This document shows, piece by piece, positions 25,949-32,000 of a stretch of 32,000 bases of DNA. A program made the translations under genes and the position numbers. The stretch covers positions 1,560,001 through 1,592,000 of the forward strand of contig CP006868.1 of the NCBI GenBank assembly GCA_025340205.1, written 5' to 3'. The notes below the pieces were generated by a model, which did not search any database, was not told the origin of the DNA, and worked only from the letters and a program-made list of their open reading frames with translations. How positions within the stretch are numbered: position 1 is the stretch's first letter; every line of letters starts with the position of its first letter. Source of the stretch: Ignicoccus pacificus DSM 13166 (GTDB lineage Archaea; Thermoproteota; Thermoprotei_A; Sulfolobales; Ignicoccaceae).

Positions 25949-26738
25949 GAGACTCATAGTGGGGAACGCCCTCTCCAGCGATTGCTTCGAGGGGAAGGTC
26001 CTCGATCCCGTAGGAGCGCCACCATACCCGCTAAGGACCGTGGAGGTAGGTGGAAGGGAGGTTCCAGCGATCCCGATGGTCGTGGAGGATTGCCCTGAAG
26101 GTGCAGAGTGCTTAGATCTGGAGCGACTCGTGGTACTGAAGGATGGAGATGAAATAGAGAAGGCATGTAGGAGTCTTAGGTGTCAGAGACCTTGGCCTTT
26201 ACGGTGGTTGTCATTCAAAAGACCTAAACTCGTGTTGAAAATTAAGAGAAAAAGGAGGAATCCTATAATCAATGCTTCAATAAAAAAGATTGATTTCGAT
26301 GAGAACAAGGTTATCTTAAGAGGAGGGAGAACAATAGAGTATGAGGATCTGGTTTGGACGGCACCCTATGATTATCTAAGAAGGCTACTGGGAATGGAAG
26401 GACCAAAGGCGTTGGAGGCTACAGTAATAATCGCAAAAGCGAAGGCAGAATTCGACATGGCATTTCATTTCGGAAAGGCCAACCCTGCGCTAGCCATAGT
26501 GAATTCCAAGGACCTCGGCTTGCTCTGGATATTGGCGCCAGGTACACACGATTCGCTCTCAACAATCAAACATTTGGTTAGAAAAGGATACATAGAAGGT
26601 ATTGAATCTTTCGTGAGCCATGTAGTTAAGTACTATGCACTTGAGGAAATAGAGATTAAAAATGTCAACTTTAAGCTGAAGGGAAGGACTGCTGAGTGGA
26701 AGGAGATGGGATTGAATGAGGTGATTTCTTGCGCTTAG
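25935..26738 (+). CDS. Conserved hypothetical protein with resemblance to FAD-dependent amine oxidoreductase/mutase substrate regions
   Basis: 267 aa; VILRGGRTIEYEDLVWTAPYDYLRRLLG and LPLLWILAPG-like segments, but no N-terminal GxGxxG. Confidence 0.55.
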   Translation: MERVKRLIVGNALSSDCFEGKVLDPVGAPPYPLRTVEVGGREVPAIPMVVEDCPEGAECLDLERLVVLKDGDEIEKACRSLRCQRPWPLRWLSFKRPKLVLKIKRKRRNPIINASIKKIDFDENKVILRGGRTIEYEDLVWTAPYDYLRRLLGMEGPKALEATVIIAKAKAEFDMAFHFGKANPALAIVNSKDLGLLWILAPGTHDSLSTIKHLVRKGYIEGIESFVSHVVKYYALEEIEIKNVNFKLKGRTAEWKEMGLNEVISCA

Positions 26739-27856
26739 TGCAAAGTATAATTCTAAAAAAGAAGATATTAAAGGAACTAGAGAGTAATATTGACTTAAGG
26801 AAGGTAAAGAATGATTATCACGCGAAGAGGGAGCCTAGGGACTGTGGTCTCACCATACACCCTGGTATAGGCTGTGACTTAGGATGCGTCTATTGCTACA
26901 TTAAGGACATGGGATTTCCAACGGACAAGGTAGAACCCTATCCGTTAAGCGGAGAGGAATTAATGGCGGCTTTAACGCTTAACAAGAACGTAGGCGTAGG
27001 TCCTTCGGGTACCTACTTCGCCGTGGGATCTGTTACAGAGCCCTTTCATCCGCTCCTCCTAGACAAAACCTTGGAGTACTTGAACGCGTTGAAAAGATTG
27101 GGAAATTACACACAAATCTCTTATAAGATGATAGTACCGGATGGCAAGTTGCCCCTCTTAGCCTCTTCCTCTGAGGACAGGTTAAGCGTTCTCATTTCTA
27201 TATCATCTCTCAAGAAGTGGAAAGAATTTGAACCAAGACTCCCCTCCCCGGAGCTCAGACTCCATATGGCTGAGAAGCTACAGAAGCTAGGGAAGAGGGT
27301 GAGTTTGTTCTTGAGACCCATACTTCCCGGTATAACTGATGTCGAGATTGATAACATCTTAGAAACGGCACTTAGTTATAACGTTAAGGAGTTAACGGTT
27401 GGTGGCTTAAGGGTAACGAGGCGAATAATGGATGAATTGATCAAAAGGGGCGTTAAGTTAGAGGGAAGGTTAAGGAGAAGGTCCAAAGGTAGAGAGCAAG
27501 TATATGTTTACACGAGAGATATAAAAAATAAGATAATTAAAAAGGCAGAAAGCTTGGGTATGACAGTATATTTCACAGCTTGTGATACAAATGCCAGACA
27601 TCACGGAGAAGTGTGTTGGGATTCATGTAAGTATGATAGAAATCTTTGTGAAAGGCTACCTCCTATAGATCAGAGAGATTTGCAAGAGGGAATAGAAATG
27701 CTGGGAGGTAAGCTAGTTTCGTGGAGGATAAGGAAGGAACCAATACTCGAGCTAGAAATCATAGGTGCCAAAAGGAATATGGGATGGTTAATCCAAATGG
27801 CTTATCGCCGCCAAGTAATTGTTCGTACGGGAGGAAGGGTTTGGAAGTACCTGTAG
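26729..27856 (+). CDS. Radical SAM protein (SPL/Mj0683-like)
   Basis: CDLGCVYCYIKDMGF (CxxxCxxC), GTYFAVGSVTEPFHPLLLDKTLEYLNAL, LRPILPGITD. Confidence 0.85.
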   Translation: MRLVQSIILKKKILKELESNIDLRKVKNDYHAKREPRDCGLTIHPGIGCDLGCVYCYIKDMGFPTDKVEPYPLSGEELMAALTLNKNVGVGPSGTYFAVGSVTEPFHPLLLDKTLEYLNALKRLGNYTQISYKMIVPDGKLPLLASSSEDRLSVLISISSLKKWKEFEPRLPSPELRLHMAEKLQKLGKRVSLFLRPILPGITDVEIDNILETALSYNVKELTVGGLRVTRRIMDELIKRGVKLEGRLRRRSKGREQVYVYTRDIKNKIIKKAESLGMTVYFTACDTNARHHGEVCWDSCKYDRNLCERLPPIDQRDLQEGIEMLGGKLVSWRIRKEPILELEIIGAKRNMGWLIQMAYRRQVIVRTGGRVWKYL

Positions 27857-28242
27857 AGTACAGAGATCTCGCCTCCAGAATGGGAAGAGCAATAAGGGCT
27901 CTAGGCTTCTTCATATTTGAAAAAGAAGAATACCAAAGGGTCTCAAAAATATTGAAAGCAGCAAAACTGGGGGAGACCTTAAGGATTATACCCTTGGGCT
28001 CCGTCGAGATACACTTAGCTAATGAAAGTCTCGTAACGGAGTATTATGCGGTCATCTTGAATAACAACGAATGCTTGAGGAGTTGCAATGACTCGGAGTG
28101 TATGGAGAAATGTGTCGAAGAGAAGAAGAACAACGTCTCCGAGGCTATCTTGGAAGGCTTGGGAAATGTGAGAGAGGACGAGAGGGAGGATGGACTAAGC
28201 AAGGTCTTCAAGAAGTTGACTGGTGCGGGGGGTGGGATTTGA
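27721..28242 (+). CDS. Hypothetical protein; true start probably near 27840-27885, just after the radical SAM stop
   Basis: The ORF is open from 27721, but the first ~135 nt overlap the radical SAM gene. Protein-like sequence YRDLASRMGRAIRALGFFIFEKEEYQRVSKILKAAKLGETLRIIPLGSVEIHLANESLVTEYYAVIL follows. The stop lies inside the tRNA-Leu complement. Confidence 0.5.
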   Translation: MEDKEGTNTRARNHRCQKEYGMVNPNGLSPPSNCSYGRKGLEVPVEYRDLASRMGRAIRALGFFIFEKEEYQRVSKILKAAKLGETLRIIPLGSVEIHLANESLVTEYYAVILNNNECLRSCNDSECMEKCVEEKKNNVSEAILEGLGNVREDEREDGLSKVFKKLTGAGGGI

Positions 28243-28307
28243 ACCCACGCAGGCCTACGCCAGCGGGTCTTAAGCCCGCCCCCTTTTCCGGGCTCGGGCA
28301 CCCCCGC
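28221..28307 (-). tRNA. tRNA-Leu (UAA), with encoded 3' CCA
   Basis: Minus strand GCGGGGG TG CCCGAGCCCGGAAAAGGGGGC GGGCTTAAGACCCGC TGGCGTAGGCCTGC GTGGG TTCAAAT CCCAC CCCCCGC A CCA: long variable arm, anticodon TAA, matched acceptor. Confidence 0.95.
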
Positions 28308-28372
28308 ACTCCATGAGTGGAGCGTGAGATGCCTTTTATTAGTACTTGCGCTCCGACGCCACTGGGGCATTA

Positions 28373-29788
28373 ATGGTGCAAGAGGATCTAGGCAAGAAGC
28401 TTCTAGGGATATTGGCCCAGATAGGAGCTTGGGTGCCCTCCACCCCAAGACCGGCGAAGAAGCCCAATCTGTACAAGCGACTAATGTGGACCATAGCGGT
28501 CCTAGTAATTTACTTGGTGATGAGTAACATTCCCCTTCCCGGGGTAAACGTAAACACCTCACCACAACTCTTGCTAATGAACATAGTCTTCGCAGCTAAC
28601 ACAGGTACCTTAACGCAGTTAGGAATAGGCCCTATAGTCACTGCGGGCCTAGTCCTTCAGCTGCTCATGGGTGCCAAACTAATAGACTTGGATATGGCTG
28701 ACCCAGAAGACCAGAAGCTCTTCACCCTAGCCCAGAAGGGCTTCGCCGTACTCTTAGGAGTGCTCGAGGCTATAGGAATAGTCCTATCCGGGAGTCTCTG
28801 GACCCATGTAGTTAATGGAATTGCGGTCGTCAGCCCTCCTCCGGCAGCGATAATGGTAATAGATGCGCTACTCCTTGCCAGCTCGACAGTACTAATCATC
28901 ATAATGGACGAAATGGTACAGAAGGGATGGGGTCTAGGGAGCGGAATAAGCTTGTTCATTACTGCTAGCGTGGTCTCCGGAATAGCTTGGGAAGTGGGAG
29001 GATGGTTCGCTCAAAACGGTCACGTAATATGGGCCGGTCTGATTCCCGCCGGATTAATGGTGGGCTTCGACAAGGTAATCATAGGCAACCCCCTCGGTGC
29101 ACCTAAAGTTCCGGGTACCAATATAGGTGCCATGCCAGACCTCATAGGCTTCATAGCAACAATCATAATGATAGTAGTTATTGCATATCTGAGCTCAGTC
29201 AAGGTACAAGTGCCGGTAGCCATGCACAGAATGAGAGGCCTAAGGACTAAGATCCCTCTGAACCTTCTCTACGTGACGAACATCCCAGTCCTCTTGGCAG
29301 CCATCATATTCGCGAACATACAAGCGATGGCTCAAGCAGCCCCCAATAGTCCCTTAGCGACCCTAGCTTATTACCTAACTCCTCCCAGGGGCCTACTCTT
29401 GTTCTTACATGAACCGCTTAGAATGTTGACTTATTCGATAGCGCTAATCATACTATCAATACTCTTCGGCATACTGTGGGTAGAACTGGCGGGACTGGAT
29501 CCAAAGACGCAAGCGAAGCAGTTAATAGAATCTGACATGCAGATACCCGGAGCGAGGAACGATCCAAGGCACTTAGAGAAGGTACTAGCGAAGTACATCT
29601 ATCCTCTAACCATACTATCGAGCATCATAGTAGCGCTGCTAGTCATAGTTGCTGACATCTTTGGAGCATACGGAACGGGTACTGGACTACTGCTGGCTGT
29701 AATGATACTGGTACAGTACTACACCATGCTGACGTTCGAGAGGGCCATAGAGGCCTATCCGCTACTCAGAAAGGTGCTCGGAGAGTAA
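28373..29788 (+). CDS. secY: Preprotein translocase subunit SecY
   Basis: IPLPGVNVN, ~10 TM helices, GLGSGISLFI, VQVPVAMHRMRGLRTKIPLNLLYVTNIPVLLAAI, LAGLDPKTQAKQL. ATG at 28373 preferred over the extended ORF start. Confidence 0.96.
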   Translation: MVQEDLGKKLLGILAQIGAWVPSTPRPAKKPNLYKRLMWTIAVLVIYLVMSNIPLPGVNVNTSPQLLLMNIVFAANTGTLTQLGIGPIVTAGLVLQLLMGAKLIDLDMADPEDQKLFTLAQKGFAVLLGVLEAIGIVLSGSLWTHVVNGIAVVSPPPAAIMVIDALLLASSTVLIIIMDEMVQKGWGLGSGISLFITASVVSGIAWEVGGWFAQNGHVIWAGLIPAGLMVGFDKVIIGNPLGAPKVPGTNIGAMPDLIGFIATIIMIVVIAYLSSVKVQVPVAMHRMRGLRTKIPLNLLYVTNIPVLLAAIIFANIQAMAQAAPNSPLATLAYYLTPPRGLLLFLHEPLRMLTYSIALIILSILFGILWVELAGLDPKTQAKQLIESDMQIPGARNDPRHLEKVLAKYIYPLTILSSIIVALLVIVADIFGAYGTGTGLLLAVMILVQYYTMLTFERAIEAYPLLRKVLGE

Positions 29789-29855
29789 CGTCATTTTTCC
29801 TTCATTGAGATAACTATTTATTAGAACCCTTTCCTCAACTCCACGGTGGATCCTC

Positions 29856-30455
29856 ATGATAAGGACCGTGATCGCCACCGGCGTTCCTGGTGTTGGTAAG
29901 ACAACCGTTACTTCCAGAGCGGTTGAAATCCTAAAAGAGAAGGGATATAAAGTTAAGGTAGCTAACTTCGGTGATTACATGTTCAAGGTAGCAAAGGAGA
30001 AGGGCTGGGTAGAACATAGAGACGAGATGAGAAAGCTTAACCTTAGCCAGCAGAAGGAGCTCCAAGCGTTAGCAGCTAAAGCCATAGTCGAGGACGCCAA
30101 GAAGGAGCTAGGTGACGATGGAGTCCTTATCATTGATACTCACGCTGCGATAAACACTCCGACGGGCGTGTGGCCCGGGCTCCCTAAGCACGTTATAGAG
30201 AACCTAAATCCTGCAATAATCTTCGTAATAGAGGCCTCTCCTGAGGAGATAATAGCCAGACAGCAGAAGGACATCGGAAGGGTTAGGAGCGATTACTCCG
30301 ATCCGGAGTTCCTAAGGCGCTTCATGGAATTTGCCAGAAACAGCGCCATAGCCTCCGCCGTCCTCGTGGGAGCTGCCGTTAACGTGATCTTAAATAAGGA
30401 GGGAGCTGTTGAGGAGGCCGCTAACAAGTTCGTAAGTGCCATAGAGAAGATCTAA
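29856..30455 (+). CDS. adkA: Archaeal-type adenylate kinase
   Basis: TVIATGVPGVGKTTVTSRAVEILKEKGYKVKVANFGDYMF, DTHAAINTPTGVWPGLP, Q-x-x-D-x-x-R region. Confidence 0.94.
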   Translation: MIRTVIATGVPGVGKTTVTSRAVEILKEKGYKVKVANFGDYMFKVAKEKGWVEHRDEMRKLNLSQQKELQALAAKAIVEDAKKELGDDGVLIIDTHAAINTPTGVWPGLPKHVIENLNPAIIFVIEASPEEIIARQQKDIGRVRSDYSDPEFLRRFMEFARNSAIASAVLVGAAVNVILNKEGAVEEAANKFVSAIEKI

Positions 30456-30489
30456 AACCAACCCGCGCTGAGGCCACGGGGATGCGACT

Positions 30490-30759
30490 ATGGTAAGGCC
30501 AGCGTACAGATCCAGAAGCAGGAGGAGGGTCTACAAGAGGACCCCTGGAGGAAAGACTGTAGTACACTATGAGAAGAGGAAGCCCTCCCAGCCCGTATGT
30601 GCCATATGCGGAAGGCCGTTAGGAGGGGTTCCCAGAGGGAGGCCCGTCGAGTTAAGAAAAATGGCCAAGACCGAGAAGAGACCCGAAAGGCCTTATGGAG
30701 GATACATCTGCGCTAGTTGCCTTAGAACTCTATACAAGTACGCTGTCTCCAAACTCTGA
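30490..30759 (+). CDS. rpl34e: Ribosomal protein L34e
   Basis: [86 protein letters not shown]. Confidence 0.95.
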   Translation: MVRPAYRSRSRRRVYKRTPGGKTVVHYEKRKPSQPVCAICGRPLGGVPRGRPVELRKMAKTEKRPERPYGGYICASCLRTLYKYAVSKL

Positions 30760-30992
30760 TTTTTATTTTCGGCGTCAATAGCTTCCATTCCAATCTCCTA
30801 GCGTCTCCTCTAACACCTTCCCCAATATATCCTCCCAGCCAAGATATATCCTAACTTATACTCACTTAACTGACTCGAAATTTTAACATTGTATACCCTA
30901 CGTTTAAAGTTGACTAAACGAGGTTAAATATCAACAACGGTACTTAGCAAAAACTATTTATCTAAGCCTCGATGTGTGATTCGGTGAGACGT

Positions 30993-31478
30993 ATGGAGTC
31001 TTACAACATCTCCGTTAAGGAAAACGGGAAGCTGGTAATAGAAGGGTTGAAGAGCGACTTCCTACTAATACCAGCCACTACGATAGAGAAGATTGGTGAG
31101 AGTCTCTACAAGATCGTTGGTCCCGCCGCCAACGTCCATCTTAGAGAAATAGGAAGGGGTATAGGAAAGGCCTTGATAGAGATTGTAAAGCATGAGAGAA
31201 CCGGTGAGGATTACCAAGCTGACGTGGACGCTATAGCACATTACTTGGAGAAGGCCGGATTTGGGAGAATTAAGGTAACTAAACATGACGATCATTTCGA
31301 CATATTAATAGAGAATCCGCCGTCCTTGAGATACAAGGCCGAGGGCGTACAGAAGTGCGCCTTTGAAGCGGGACTGATAAGGGGCGTCATGGAAGAATTA
31401 ACCTCTAAGAGATGGAGAGCTGAGGTGGATAACAGCGTAAACGACCACTGCTGTCTAATCCACTTGAGGCAAGCATGA
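30993..31478 (+). CDS. V4R-domain-like hypothetical protein
   Basis: 161 aa; LREIGRGIGKALIEIVKHERTG ... GVQKCAFEAGLIRGVMEELTSKRWRAEVDNSVNDHCCLIHL resembles V4R-type small-molecule/metal-binding domains. Confidence 0.6.
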   Translation: MESYNISVKENGKLVIEGLKSDFLLIPATTIEKIGESLYKIVGPAANVHLREIGRGIGKALIEIVKHERTGEDYQADVDAIAHYLEKAGFGRIKVTKHDDHFDILIENPPSLRYKAEGVQKCAFEAGLIRGVMEELTSKRWRAEVDNSVNDHCCLIHLRQA

Positions 31479-31520
31479 GCTTTATTTAACGGAGCCTGGA
31501 GGGCGCTAAGGGATTAAATA

Positions 31521-31808
31521 ATGAGCGAGGAGACCGGAATAAGATTAGTAGTGAAGATTGGAGAGGGAGAAAACGCTAAGGAGGTAGAACTAACCGAGGA
31601 GGTCCTCAGAGTAGTGAGGAAGTACCTTCATACTGAGTACAGCTTGGAGAAGCTGGCCGAGGACTTGGGACTAGACGGATGGGAGGAGGCCTATGAGTTC
31701 GTGAAGAAGATGCCGGCGTGGCTAGTCTGGACCCCGCCTACTCTACTAAGGTATAAGATGAGGATGTTAGAGGAGAAGATCAAGTCTGGTCAGTTAGTAA
31801 TAGAGTAA
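31521..31808 (+). CDS. Small hypothetical protein, helical C-terminal half
   Basis: 95 aa with coherent coding composition (EVELTEEVLRVVRKYLHTEYSLEKLAEDLGLDGWEEAYEFVKKMPAWLVWTPP), AT-rich flanks. Confidence 0.65.
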   Translation: MSEETGIRLVVKIGEGENAKEVELTEEVLRVVRKYLHTEYSLEKLAEDLGLDGWEEAYEFVKKMPAWLVWTPPTLLRYKMRMLEEKIKSGQLVIE

Positions 31809-32000
31809 TACGGCTCTTGATTTTTCTTAATGTTTTTGATTTACACACGATACTACTCTAACGTTTCCTTTCATAAGATAATAACCAAACGTGATTACTT
31901 ATGCTTCTAAATTGATGAGCATCCAAGGATGAATACAAAAACACGCGTTAAAACCAGCTTCAACCCTTCACCACACCTATGGGTCTCATCTTAGCGACGA

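Noticed and set aside
28044-28565. 173-aa minus-strand ORF spanning tRNA-Leu and the start of secY, and a 72-aa plus ORF at 28098-28316
   Set aside because: Both run through the tRNA and overlap confident genes in other frames. The translations (e.g. RWRRPAWVQIPPPAPVNF) are classic tRNA-derived artefacts.
1-32000. CRISPR arrays, transposases or integrases
   Set aside because: No regularly spaced direct repeats and no recognisable recombinase/transposase signatures were seen in the sequence or translated ORFs.

Overview
This window is gene-dense archaeal DNA, most likely from a hyperthermophilic crenarchaeon. I infer an Ignicoccus-like or other Desulfurococcales genome from product types only; no search was run. 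Housekeeping genes: 4-demethylwyosine synthase (Taw1), CDC48-type AAA ATPase, argininosuccinate lyase, ribosomal P1/L12 and L34e, a NOG1-like GTPase, CobA, HemD, SecY, archaeal adenylate kinase, tRNA-Phe(GAA) and tRNA-Leu(UAA). Other identifiable loci: an iron/cobalamin-type ABC uptake operon, a Tat-exported split-Soret-like cytochrome c next to a cytochrome b-like membrane protein, and two tandem orphan LivJ-type solute-binding proteins. The most interesting region is about 17.6-19.9 kb. It is a compact run of overlapping genes that reads as a ubiquitin-like conjugation/deconjugation cassette: an N-terminal ubiquitin-like domain fused to an E2/UEV-like domain, a JAMM/MPN protein with an intact HxHx7SxxD motif whose domain appears to continue in a second frame, and a ThiF/E1-like adenylating enzyme. 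It lies downstream of a PAPS-reductase/ATP-pyrophosphatase-like gene, a membrane protein and a winged-helix-like protein. Other notable items are a Pop5-like RNase P subunit with a predicted N-terminal membrane helix and a near-perfect tandem operator-like repeat between a wHTH regulator and the cytochrome operon. All family calls come from reading motifs and need HMM or structure confirmation.
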